From the NCBI RefSeq assembly GCF_006345805.1, contig NC_042998.1, positions 110,174,001 through 110,238,000 on the forward strand: 64,000 nucleotides of DNA, given 5' to 3'. Under the pieces are notes generated by a model that was not told the DNA's origin, made no database searches, and saw only the letters and a list, made by a program, of their open reading frames with translations. Shown here piece by piece: positions 51,316 to 64,000 of this stretch. This stretch comes from Octopus sinensis (Eukaryota). Numbering within the stretch: the stretch's first letter is position 1; every line of letters begins with the position of its first letter. The translations under genes were made by a program, and so were the position numbers.

Positions 51316-51374
51316 AACTCTCTAACTCTGCATATATATTGTGAATGTATGTACGTATGTATGTGCAGTGCGTG

Positions 51375-51413
<39 letters not shown>

Positions 51414-52239
51414 GTGCGTGTGCGAGTGCTTGCTTTTGTGTATCTTCAAAATTTTAGGAGTGCTATAAAATATGCGTACATAAATTAACATGAGTCTGGA
51501 TATCTATATATGTGCATCAATGTACTTATGGGTGTATTTATTTGTATGTGCATGTTAGAGTAGTTGGGTACGTATATGTGAATCTATATAACATACATAT
51601 AATATCGGCTTCCGAAACGATTAAATAACTGCTTCTAAACTATTACATTGATGAATATAAGCTATGTTGTTGAGTATATATGAGCGTAATATATTTATGT
51701 TTATGTCTTTGATTCATACTTTTAAATCTTTGATGCTCTAGTTTTACATACTCGTTTGATCTATGCGATCAATTAACCAAATCACAATCTAATAACATCC
51801 TATTAAATTTGAAAATTTGAAGGACACTTTGCAGAACGATATTTCTCAGTATGCACAATGACGTGATGATCACTGATGGAATGTGTTCTATCATGGTATT
51901 GCAGCAAGAAATATCAACATGTTTTAGCGACATTGTTTATTTATTGTATGGTTACCTTAAATCGAATGTGAAATTCTTTGATAAATTATAGTTTTAGAAC
52001 TGGACTATGATTTATCCTGGATAATTAGTTACCAAGGATTGTTATTCCAGCCTCCACATACACACGCAGCTGTCTCACAGACACAAGTATGTATCTATGC
52101 ATACATATGTGTGCAAGTGCGTGTGAGAATGCATCTGTGTATGCATGCACCAAATAATCTATCTGTGCATGTCTGTAAATTATTACGCATGTATTTATGA
52201 TATGCATGTACATAAGTGTGCGTATATGTATGCGTGTAC

Positions 52240-52270
<31 letters not shown>

Positions 52271-52842
52271 TGTGTGTGTGTGTGTCTGTGCTTACACCTT
52301 GTATTTATGAAAATTACTGAGGCGAAAATTTTCTGCAATAATTTGATACTTGTAAAAATCTCTGTGTCCATTGATCAAAGTAGGCTTTAGAAGATTAGAA
52401 GACTATACTTGGCTGGTTGGATCTCACACGACCGAAATATGCCCGCCCATTGCTATCACTTACATTGTTAACTACGAACTGATTTTCCTACTAACTTTGA
52501 AATTTTAGTATTCTCTGAAATTCATTTATAATTTCCTGAAATTATCTCTCCTATTTTTAAATGTCGCTTACAAATGCCATTAATTAGATTTTCGTCCAAC
52601 TAAGAAGAAAAAGTTCATTTACATTTTCTTTTTTTTTTTTTTGGCGTACATCACTCAGTAGATCAAAACCCATCTGAATTAAATTAACGTTATTGGTTTA
52701 ACTGAGCAATTTCTCTTATGTCGCATTTTATTTTTTTTGCAATTAGACAGATTATGAGGGCCAAAGTTTTTCAATACTTTTACAACTTTTACTACTTGTT
52801 AAAGTTGCTCTCTCCTGATCAAAGAGGTCTTCAGAAGAATAT

Positions 52843-52882
52843 GCTGTACTGATGAGTTCTAATAAACCGAAACATCCGTAGC
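52843..52882 (+). ncRNA. Decayed minimal HHR-like motif
   Basis: gctgta-CTGATGA-gttctaataaacc-GAAA-CA-TC-cgtagc; stems imperfect. Confidence 0.35.
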
Positions 52883-53219
52883 TATTATGTTGCCATCTAA
52901 CAAAGATTTTTCTTTCTAAGCATAAAAAATTCAATTTTATGTGAAAGAAATTAATACTTTCAAATGATCTCTCCCACTTTTTTTTGAATATCATTAATAA
53001 ATGTAGCGTGGTTTTGGTTATATTCTCCAACGAAGTCACTTAAATTCTGATGCGTATGCCATTCCATACATACGCAACTACCCGATGTATGCAACTGTGC
53101 ATTCGTATGTGTGTGGGTGTTATATTTCCCTCTCTCTCTCTCTCTCTCTTTCTCCTTCTTATTCTCTCTATCTTTCTGCCTGTCTGTCTCTATGTGTGTA
53201 CATATACATACATACATAA

Positions 53220-53307
<88 letters not shown>

Positions 53308-53753
53308 ATGTGTGTGTGTGTGTGTGTTTAAACATACCAATATACCTACATACTTATACGTACACATACAACATAAGTGTGTGCAAACATACATATTTAC
53401 GTAAATATATACATACGCACAAATACATACCTGTCTGTGAGTGAGTGTATTTGTGTGTGTATTTCTAAACCGTCTACATTCGATCTCTGCATTAATAGAG
53501 AAATCATTAAATTTGAGTCTGTGAAAATTATCAACATTGGCAGATTGACAATATATGGTCCACAATCAAACGGTTAATCAATCAACAAACTAATCGATCA
53601 ATCAATTAATATATCAATCAAACAACCTTTCAGTAAAATAATGCACACGTCCGCAGTGACACACGTACACTAACACAGACACATATACGCAGCAAGCACA
53701 CATACATATATACATAAACACAGCCATACACACACGTACGCAATACACACACG

Positions 53754-53824
<71 letters not shown>

Positions 53825-54562
53825 TGTGTATAACCTGGGATATATATATATATGTTTGTGTATGTATATGAAAAAGGGAGGGTGAACGAAAGGAGGAAAG
53901 ATATATTGAGTGTGGAAGAAAGACAAAGAGCATTGCTTGTCCTTTTTTCTGTCAGTGGTAAGTCAGGGTAAGGAAATGAGTACATGTAATTGTGGAGTTG
54001 ATAGATTTTTATATATTTCCTAATGAAGTATAACTATAGTGATTACAATATAGCAATTGAATGCACATATGCGTGTATATTAATGCATATACAAATATGA
54101 ATATACGTGTGTGTTTATCTCTCTATATATAAATGTATATATTTATATCTGTATATATGTATGTATGTATGTTTGTATGTAATGTTTGTATGTATATACA
54201 TACACATACATATATATTTATATATATATATATATATATACGCACACACACATGTATGTATGCATATATATATATGTGTATATATATATATGTATGTATA
54301 TATATATGTATATATATATATATATATATCTATATATATATATTTATATATACATATATATGTGAATATATGGGTACGTGTGTGCGCGTGTATATATGTG
54401 TATATATATACACAGACGCACACTCGTACCCATATATTAATATATATGTATATATATATACATACACACACATATATATGTATATATATATATGGGTGTG
54501 CGCATATATATATGTGTGTGTCTGTATACAAACATACCTAAGTATGTATGTGTATATATCTA

Positions 54563-54605
<43 letters not shown>

Positions 54606-54618
54606 ATGTATGTATATA

Positions 54619-54666
<48 letters not shown>

Positions 54667-54762
54667 ATGTATGTATAAGGATGAAAAGGAACACACGAGT
54701 TGATATATATGAAAACATAAGTCAAAATAGAAAATGCTAAAATAATTTTATAAAGAACATTT

Positions 54763-54800
54763 CAGTACCGGTTTCAGTCATTTTGAGACCTTTTCAACTG
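54763..54800 (-). ncRNA. Minimal HHR with U3-A8 covariant core
   Basis: Minus strand CAG-TTGAAAA-GGTC-tcaaaat-GACT-GAAA-CCGG-TA-CTG; palindromic stem III ACCGGT. Confidence 0.65.
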
Positions 54801-55027
54801 TAACGATTAAATAATTAAATTTAGAAACTTAAAAGAAATGTTTTTTTAAAGGAATATTTGTATAGTGTTCAAATATAAGTGGCATTTTCTTTGTTTCTGC
54901 CTTGCTCTGTCTCTCTTGTTCACACTTGTGGGTTCGAGGTCCTGTGTATGGTTGTCTGTGTATGCACACACACACCCAACTATACAAACGCAAACACACA
55001 CACATGTAGGCTTTAGAAATCCATATA

Positions 55028-55064
55028 CCACTGATGAGGAGTAATAATACCAAAACATAACTGG
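55028..55064 (+). ncRNA. Decayed minimal HHR-like motif
   Basis: cca-CTGATGA-GG-agtaataata-CC-AAAA-CA-TA-actgg; two CG>CA changes away from CC-GAAA-CG-TA. Confidence 0.35.
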
Positions 55065-55567
55065 ACCACTCAGCATTGTACAACATTTTTATTTGGATCT
55101 TATTTCACTATGACTTATTTCACTACTCTTCGAACACAATTTTATGTAGTTAGTGAATGCATGTTTTCCTATAACAAATGAAAAATTATATAGGTACTCG
55201 TAATTAAATTATAAAAATATTTCTGTGAATGTATGTGTATACACGTATTTATGTATGTATATATGTATGTATATGTTTATGTATGTGTGGGCATGTATGT
55301 GTGTATGTATTTATGTATGTATCTATATATGTATTTATGTATGTATGTATGTATGTATGTATGTATGTATGTATGTATGTATGCGTGGATGAATGGATAG
55401 GTGTTTAGAATGTTTCGATCTAGTAATGGTATTTGAAGATGAATTTTTGAACAATTAGGAAAAAAATAAAATAATGATAATGATTAAAATTTTCTGAGAT
55501 TAACGTGGAGGCGAATCAAGCTGCAGATAAAAGATTTTTACAAATGGTACATTGTTTGGAGTCCTTT

Positions 55568-55836
55568 AAACTGGCACTCGATCAGTTACGACGATGATTA
55601 GATCACCGGAACAGCTTGCTCAAGAAATTAACATGCAAGTGACTGGGCACTCCACAGACACGCGTACCGTTACCGTAGTTCTCTGGGTGATTCAGCGTGA
55701 CACAGAATGCGACAAGGCCGGCACTTTGAATTAGAGGCACAACTCTTTTTTTACAAGCTGAGTGGACTGGAGGAGCGTGAAACAAAGTCTCGAACTCGCG
55801 ACCTTACTATCGTGAGTCGAATACCCTAACCACTAA
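55568..55836 (-). mobile_element. tRNA-derived SINE (tail type 1)
   Basis: Head (reverse complement of tcgaactcgcgacc...ccctaaccactaa); central gctgagtggactggag; tail gcttgctcaagaaattaacatgcaagtg. Confidence 0.75.
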
Positions 55837-56403
55837 CTGACGAGTTTTTAAGCGAAATAATTATCAGTCGCCGAGGAGGCCTCTGGATCAGCCTATTTGT
55901 AACAGAATTGAAATCTCTATGAGATCATACTATTTAAAAAGTAAAAACAAAGAAAGCACCATAAGGTACATTAAACTATATTGTCCTCAATATTTATAAA
56001 GGGATGGCCACGGTTTCATTTCCTATTGCTTAATTAGAAATGCTCTAGAGGTTAAAACGAGAAGAAATGATAGTAACTGCTAAGGTGTATGAAGGTACTC
56101 GAGTAGTCGCATGCATAGAAATGCTAACACACTTGCATACAGAGAGGAATTTGGCCCGAGTGTGTGTGTGTTCGCGCGCGCGTGCAGTATGTGTGTGTTT
56201 GAATGTGTGTGTGTGTGTTTGTGTGTCTGCGTCTAAAAGCCTTGTTGTCGATGTTTCTGATGTGATTGAGGTTGATAATACAGACAGGACTGGAATAATT
56301 TCTGGGATTGTTTCGCCTGAAGGCGGTCTCATAGGGTTCAAATACATGCGTGTGCACAAACACACACACATACACACACACAGACACACACACACACACA
56401 CAC

Positions 56404-56443
<40 letters not shown>

Positions 56444-56555
56444 TGCATAATACATACACAGATACATACCTATACACACTTGTACATACGCATATATATT
56501 CATATATATGTATATATGTGTACACACAAATATATATATATATGTATGTGTGTAT

Positions 56556-56603
<48 letters not shown>

Positions 56604-57070
56604 CATACATACATACATACATACATACTTACATAGATATATACATACAAATATATATGTGTGTGTGTGTGTGTGATAGTATACATATGTACACAGTATA
56701 TATATTTTTTGTTTGTATATGTACATATATATTGCGTGCGCGTGTGTGTGCGAGAGAGAGAGAGAGAGAGAGAGCAACAGAGAGCAACAGAGAGCGAAAG
56801 CGAGAGAGAGTGAAAGAGATAATGATGCAACGGTACACCATTCTCTTCTAATTGAAGTCGCTAAACATTCTACGAACTGTTGTTCCCCGTAACACCGTAA
56901 CGTTAACCATGAAACTTTAGTGTCACCGACACAGCCAAGTTTCGCTAAGCGCCGTTTTTGCTGAGGTTACGAAAGTATTAAGTAAAAGGAACTGTTACAG
57001 GCAGAACATGTAATAATATCTGCTAAATATTTAGAACCGATTTACCTACAAGTTGTCTGGTACTTTGCAG

Positions 57071-57103
57071 GTAACAAACTCAACAAGGAATATAACTTGT
57101 TGG
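57071..57103 (+). CDS. Candidate 33-nt micro-exon
   Basis: gtactttgcag| gtaacaaactcaacaaggaatataacttgttgg |GTAAGT; NKLNKEYNLL, phase 1-1. Confidence 0.25.
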
Positions 57104-57538
57104 GTAAGTAGCGACTTTGCTAGGTCAATAGGTACAGTTCTAAGTATATCAGTGAAAATCTAACTAGCTGTCATATTGAGTCAGGTGTTTCAGAATGTAT
57201 TCGGTAATGGATATGTGTAGATTTATGCACGTTTCAGTGATTATGCTATGTTATGCTTCACTGAACATTTTCAATTACACGCCGTTTTATACGTGTTTTA
57301 TTGTTGCTGTTGTTGTTGTTATTGTTTGTTTCCTTTTTTCCTTTCTTAAATATTACCTGTATACAAAGTATGTTTCGATTTGGTTAGAAATATACGCATA
57401 TATACAATAGTATAAGCGTATGTCAAAGAAAACATATACACATTTATACACATGCGGCAGGAAATAATACAGAGAACACGCACGCACGCTCTCACACACA
57501 CACACATACATATCTGTATGTATATAAATATAAATGTA

Positions 57539-57573
<35 letters not shown>

Positions 57574-57856
57574 TATATATTCATAAATATATAAGTATAT
57601 ACATATACATACGTATATATACATATATATGCGTGTGCATATGTATGTACGTATATATTATATATATATATATATATACATATATATCTGTGTGTTTGTG
57701 TGTACGTATGCATATACATAGTTACACATAGATACGAATGTATGTATGTCGGTGCATGTGTGTATGTAAATACATGTATTTTAGATTGGTGAAAACAAAG
57801 GAAAATTGAAAGTAACTTTGTACTAAACTGTACGGCCGCTCCAGAAACAAATATAT

Positions 57857-57926
<70 letters not shown>

Positions 57927-57929
57927 ATG

Positions 57930-57961
<32 letters not shown>

Positions 57962-58702
57962 GTGTGTGTATTTAAACATGTATGTATATATATATATGTG
58001 TATGTATGTGTATATGTATATATATATATACATACACACATGTATATATTCACACATACATACACGCACACATATATGCAAAGAGAGGGAGAGAGAGAGA
58101 GAAATATATACATGCATATATACATCACACACACACACATTTGTAGCAGCATACAGACACTTGGTTGTTCGATATTTTCAGACGAGTCACCACAGTTAAA
58201 TGCAAAAAAAAAAAAAATAAGAATCACGATCGAATATTTACTTGACTTTGCATACGTGCGTACTTTACAAATAAGAAGGCTAGGTGAGATCCTTCTGATA
58301 CAAACCCCACAATATACATGTGTGTGTGTGTGTGTGTCTGTACCTATACATATACCTATATACATACACACATGCATACACAGCCACGAAATTATATTAT
58401 GTTATATATAGGTACCGTATAACCAAATTTTTAGGAAATACGTTTTGCAACCCAAAATCACTTCGGGGCATCTTCAGCGAGTGACATTTTTCTAAATACT
58501 CATGTCGAATCACGGTTTGAGATTGCAATTTCAATACGAATCCTCTTTTGGCTGCGGATCATTTTAGGGGTACACGTGACTGAGGTGTGCTGAACGACGT
58601 TGATGTTAATTCTGTGAATAGATAATTTTAGTTGATCGAAAAACTGAGTCATCTTCAAATCCGACGCGCACACATAGATATATGTCTATGCATATATTAT
58701 AG

Positions 58703-58926
58703 GGTAAGTTTACGAAAAAAAAACAAAAGCCGAAGACAGGTGGTGTACAAAACAAACAGATGTATTAGTATAACGCTCAGGAATAGAAACAGTCTTTTAC
58801 GTTTCGAGCCTACGCTCTTCTACAGAAAGGTACACAGAAAAAACAAAGAGAGAAACAAGGAGAGAAAAAAAAGGAGAGAAAAAAAAGGAGAGAAAAAAGT
58901 GTGTAGTGGCTAACGATCTATCATGG
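58703..58926 (-). mobile_element. Dispersed repeat with HHR-like motif, copy 2 of the 723-930 family
   Basis: Minus strand 58829-58794: CTTT-CTGTAGA-a-GAG-cgtagg-CTC-GAAA-CG-TA-AAAG. Confidence 0.65.
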
Positions 58927-59689
58927 TGACATGTATTATATTTCTCTATATGTCTTTCTATATATTTCTATATATATTATACATATGTGTGTGTACATAA
59001 GGTGTGTCTCGGAATGTATGATATTCTGAAATTAATGTATGCATTTCAATTGCTTTTTTTTTTTTTAATCTCGCTGCAAGTTGTATATTTTCTACAAATA
59101 TTGCAGACAGAAAAATATCGTGATTTTGTGGGTAAATTTCAGCTCCATCTGGAGACTAATGACAGGGACGGTACTCTCATTGTCCGTTCACGAATATATT
59201 GATAGTTTACAACTATTTATATCACATAAAAACCAGGACTCAGCTGGGATGGTCAGTTTAATTTGTTTAACAGTGTATTCATTGTTAATCTGTCTAATTA
59301 AGTACTAATTATGTAGAACTTAAATGTAAATACTGTTTTTTTTTTGTAAATACAGAATGAAAGAGAGACTTAAACAAGTTTACGTATACTTACATTTGTC
59401 AGCTAGGACTAGGACTATAATATATGTAAACACTCGCACTGGTACGCACACGCGCACATATATAGTTAGATATGGATATATATATACGCATATATATGTA
59501 TGTATAATATAAAAATATTATATATATCTACACACGCACACATACACACACACAGGTATACCTTTACATTTAAGATATACCCTGTGCTGTGATTAATTAA
59601 CTATGTAATTTGACTATGGATGTAAGGTTATGTAAATTACACTGGTTGTATTTTGCCTTATATCTGATATACATAAAAATAAAAAAGAA

Positions 59690-59940
59690 ATAAATGTTCC
59701 TTTTCGAGCCATGCCAGGCTCATAAGGGCCGGTTTCCCGGTTTCAGTGGCGTAGAAATTTCTCAACTGGACGGGACGCCGGTCCGTCGTAGGATTACTCA
59801 TTTTTGCCAGCTCAGTGGACTGGAGCAACGAGAAAATGAAGTGTTTTGCTCAAGAACACAATACATCGCTCGGTCCAGGAATGGAAACCACAACCTTACG
59901 ATCATGAGTTGAACGCCTTAACCACTAAGCCACGCGTCTC
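59690..59940 (-). mobile_element. tRNA-derived SINE (tail type 2)
   Basis: Same head and central domain as 55568-55836, but a different tail ending in a gagcc-tggcat-ggctc stem-loop. Confidence 0.8.
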
Positions 59941-60279
59941 CATAGCTGCAGGTTATCCAATCTACCGGTAGAAAAAAATATGTAGTGCTTGTTCTCAAAA
60001 TAAACCGACTATGCTTTTTCTCGCACAATTTTGTAAACGTGTTTACATCTCGAAATAGGAGTTCTAATTAAAAAATGATTACCTTTAACTATATGTTGAT
60101 GGGTATAATATATAGTTAATATATGCATTTGTTCGTGTGTACATGAACGCGCATGTGTTTGTATGTATGTATGTGTGTGTGTGTTTGTGTGTGTGTATGT
60201 GTGTATTGTGGAGCGAGAGAGAGAGAGAGAGTGTGTGATATATATATATATAGAGAGAGAAAAGGATATATATATATAA

Positions 60280-60318
<39 letters not shown>

Positions 60319-62251
60319 TCATGTTACGTTATCCAATTATTTATCTCTTAAGTTTGAATGTTCGCTCTTTTTTCGAGATACCTATTTTGGAACCATATTA
60401 ATAGAAGAGGCTCATCAAATTAACGACGAAGCATTATGAAACCAGTCAGTTTACTAGAGCCCGAAGCTAGGTGCCGCTCAAATCACATCCTTCCATCTTA
60501 TAAAGCGAACGTTAGATAATAATGTTTTACGTTCTATGTGGTTTAAGAAAAATTAAGATGGTTGTGGGTCAAACGCCTTTTATTATCAATCTACTCGATT
60601 AAGAGTGATCCACCACGAAACAACTACGGGAGCAAGGACAAAAGCTAAACGAAAATAAAACACCAATGCGGGAGACGCTATATAATTAATCACATTAGAA
60701 GAATTGGGAGACAATTTCTTTCAAATCATACTCTCTTTCACTGGATCTCAATGTTTTTAATATCGTGGCGTATTAGAGATTAAATATTCCAAGGTATAAA
60801 AGTTACAAATTGGAAACAGTAGAGAATTATTGCTTTATTAATGGTGCCTATTTTAACAAATTAATGGATGACATTTATTTTATTTATATATTTTTTTAGA
60901 AATCCACAGTGCACCTTGATTCCTCTTGCGACTCACTGGAAAGAACAACTTGCCAGCAAGATGGGACGGTTACAGGATGTCTGTTTTATCATATTTATGC
61001 TAAGCCAAGATTGATGAGGGTTAAAAATGACAACAATATAGTTTGGAATTCCCCGAACGCTACTTCCATAAATAATCTACCATACTTTAAACAAAATGTT
61101 ACGTTTATGTATTTGTTTTGCAAGATTCTTGTTGTGAAATCTTTTGTTTAAGGAAAGTGAAACAGAAGTAGACCGCTTACAACAATGAAAAACGAAAGAT
61201 ACTGAAGACCGTGAAAATCGATTACGTAAGCAGCTCTCAGACTGTAGCGGACATTCAATTAATTCTATAAGGAAGGCAGTGACGATAGATTTGGTTCCAG
61301 TACCTAAATGTTTAGTTTGTAACAACAAATAATTTCAAACCACAGTTGTATATATTACTTCTATCTGATACAAACATATGCTAATTAACTGAAAATTTTA
61401 TATATATATATATATATGTACTTTTTTTATCCGAGGGAGGCAATGCGAGCAACAACTAAAGGAACATTACAAAATGCTCAGAAAGATCAAACACATACAT
61501 ATATTCATATATTCATTTATATCTATAAAGCGTTTAAAAATTTAAAAATTTAGTAATATATAAATATATCACATAAAAATATAAATTTAATATAATATAT
61601 ATATATATATATATGCACCTATACATGCATACATAAAAACAGTCATACGTGTACACATATACGTTCACATACAAAATTTCATGGTAACTCAAAGTTTCGC
61701 CGTCGGCGTTATTCTTCACCAGATAGACTGATCCAACTGCAATTTTGGAAGACAATCTCGAGATTTTCCTTGTAGAAATGAAATATTACTCTACTTATAT
61801 GTATTGAATGCTTTCTCGATTAACATTTGATTTTGTTTTATATTCACATGTATACATACACGTAGATACATGCATGTGTGTGTGTGTGTGTGTGTGTATG
61901 TGTAGTGTACTGATAGATATTTAAAAAAGATGCTTGGTTGCTGGGAAATCCCATTCGATTTCAATTAGTTTTATTCAAAATTCTTTTATATCTCTTAGCA
62001 TAGAATGACGATGAGAGAAATCGAAAGAAAGGTTCTGAGAGACTTAACATGAGATGTGCAACATGATTGCACATACTAGGCTTGGTGGCAGTTAAGGATT
62101 AAAAGAAAATTCTCTGCCCCTCACACACAATAACAGAAGGAATTATCGAGTAATATTTTTCTTTTGAAAGTCAGTATTCATTTTATTATTTTCAATAAGC
62201 GCCAAGGAATTAGATAAACGTGAATTAATAATTATCTTATTTGTGCCATAG

Positions 62252-62300
62252 GTCTGCATACCCAAGGCGTCAACGGCCAAAGTATATTTCCATATGACAG
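62252..62300 (+). CDS. Candidate 49-nt exon
   Basis: tcttatttgtgccatag| ... CAG|GTAACT; two open frames (LHTQGVNGQSIFPYD or VCIPKASTAKVYFHMT). Confidence 0.25.
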
Positions 62301-63153
62301 GTAACTTTCAAGTATATATAAATGATATAATAAAGTTTTTAATATTGATGTAAAATACTGATAACACACCACTAATTTAATAATATCTATGAAACATATA
62401 TAAGTGAAGGTATTTTGTATCAGACTCACGCAGGAATAAGCACCAAGAGCGAAAGAAGATTCTGATATCCAAAATGAACAAGACTCCGAGTCCTAGCAAT
62501 CTCAGTTCCATTACCCTCGAAAAAAGTCACCCACAATCATTAATATCCCTCTGTTTATCAGTCTCTTTCTCTCCCTTTCTCTTTGTCTTTCTCTCATTCT
62601 TTGAAACATGATATAGTTTTGTGATATTCTAATGCAGAGTAAACTACAGATGTGTCGAGCACAGTTCGAATAAATATATTTCATTGTTCTTCTTCTTTAA
62701 TAAACAAAAGTGCGTCTTCCATGAAGCAAGATTTACTGTTGGCTACTCTTCTCTATATTCCACTCGTGAAATGTTTTCGAGAAATTTAAGAACAGTAGTG
62801 TTGCCCTTGACGCTAGCATAGTGCTCGGCTGTCTCTCAAGAAAACTATTCCCCTTATATGTTCCGTCCGTCCCCCGTCCTTTGGATAGGTGCCCTTGCAC
62901 TCAGTCTTTTTGCACAGGCAGCGTAAAATACCTCTACGTAGTGTTATATCCCCACAATAACACTTTATTCCTAAACCGTACTATATACCTTCTTAAATTA
63001 CTAGATCTATGAATTAGCCACATACACCGAGAAAAAGTTTACACGGTGGAATGTGGACGCTTTCTAGCGCTATCAGGAAGGAGTTAGAAGTCTCCCGGTC
63101 ATCAAAATGTTACGTGTGTGTGTATATACAATATATATATAAATATATATATA

Positions 63154-63202
<49 letters not shown>

Positions 63203-63204
<2 letters not shown>

Positions 63205-63915
63205 ACAATGAGTCAAAAGTTTTTCCGGATTTTTATTAATGATTTTTTGCAACTTGTATATACATGTTATATCATTAATCTGATATAACTTGCTGTCCAA
63301 TCGTTGTTGAATTGTTTTTCTTTATTTTTATATGTAACATATACACATTTATTCTTTTTTATTTCACGATAATGAGTTAAAAATTGTAATTAGAGGTATT
63401 TTATGCTACCTGTGGAAAAAAGAATTGTGTGCAAGGACAGCGGCAAAAGAATTTAATGATGTGGAACTCCTTAGGAACTAACAGAAAACTTGTGTACAAA
63501 ACTGGTTCAGAAGTTTCAGAGAAGGAGACAATTCCCTCAAAGACAATTGAAGGTCAGGGAGACCTTCTAGTATGGAAGATGAAGTCTTGCTTGAAATGGT
63601 TGAACAACAGCCAAGCACAAACACTCTTAAATTGTTTTCAGAATCTGATCGAGTGAACTGCGCTGTCCAGAAGCTCCTCATGAAATTAAAAATGATCAGA
63701 TTCAACGGCGTGCGAATATTGTAAACAACTGCTGGTAAAATCTTGTGGCGCCCATTTTAAGCATCGAATTTTAAATGGGGATGAAAAATGGATCTATTTT
63801 GCTAAACCTAACAAGAGGAAGCAGTGGCTTCGTTCCACCCAACTTCAGAACCTGTTGTCAAACAAGAGTAGGCTGAAAAGAAGGTCATGTTGTTTGTTTG
63901 GTGGAATTTCAAGAT
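63203..63915 (+). pseudogene. Mariner transposase relic with probable left TIR
   Basis: NWFRSFREGDNSLKDN*RSGRPSS (HTH), ILNGDEKWIYF (first catalytic D), KKVMLFVWW; starts after (TA)n; stops, indels and an internal deletion. Confidence 0.85.
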
Positions 63916-64000
63916 GTAGAAAAGTAAAACGGGAAAGACACATGGAGAGACTTATAAAAATATAACCACAAAATTATGGCATTATGTTCTTGATAGTATA

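Overview
AT-rich, microsatellite-saturated eukaryotic DNA. The SINE families and repeat style look like an octopus/cephalopod genome (inference from memory, not from a search). There is no long host-gene ORF, rRNA, true tRNA or CRISPR array, and most of the supplied ORF track is translated microsatellite. The interpretable content is mobile DNA. (1) A TSD-flanked tandem array of three ~1.75-kb ORF1-only elements at 26433-31701 (minus strand; RRM-like + CCHC protein, no reverse transcriptase). (2) A 5'-truncated Tx1/L1-clade LINE at 2968-4297 with a 16-bp TSD; its 3' stem-loop + AATAAAGAAA end is mirrored in the ORF1-only element. (3) Penelope-like RT and GIY-YIG relics and many minimal hammerhead-ribozyme (HHR)-like motifs, including an apparently intact one behind a tRNA-derived SINE head and a U3-A8 covariant core. 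(4) Several head-to-head inverted repeat pairs. (5) About ten tRNA-derived SINE copies or fragments and Tc1/mariner relics. (6) A strongly C-depleted ~0.9-kb block. A few short low-confidence exon candidates suggest the window is largely intronic. Scattered single-base indels, several in homopolymer runs, suggest an imperfectly polished assembly, so some frameshifts may be artefacts.
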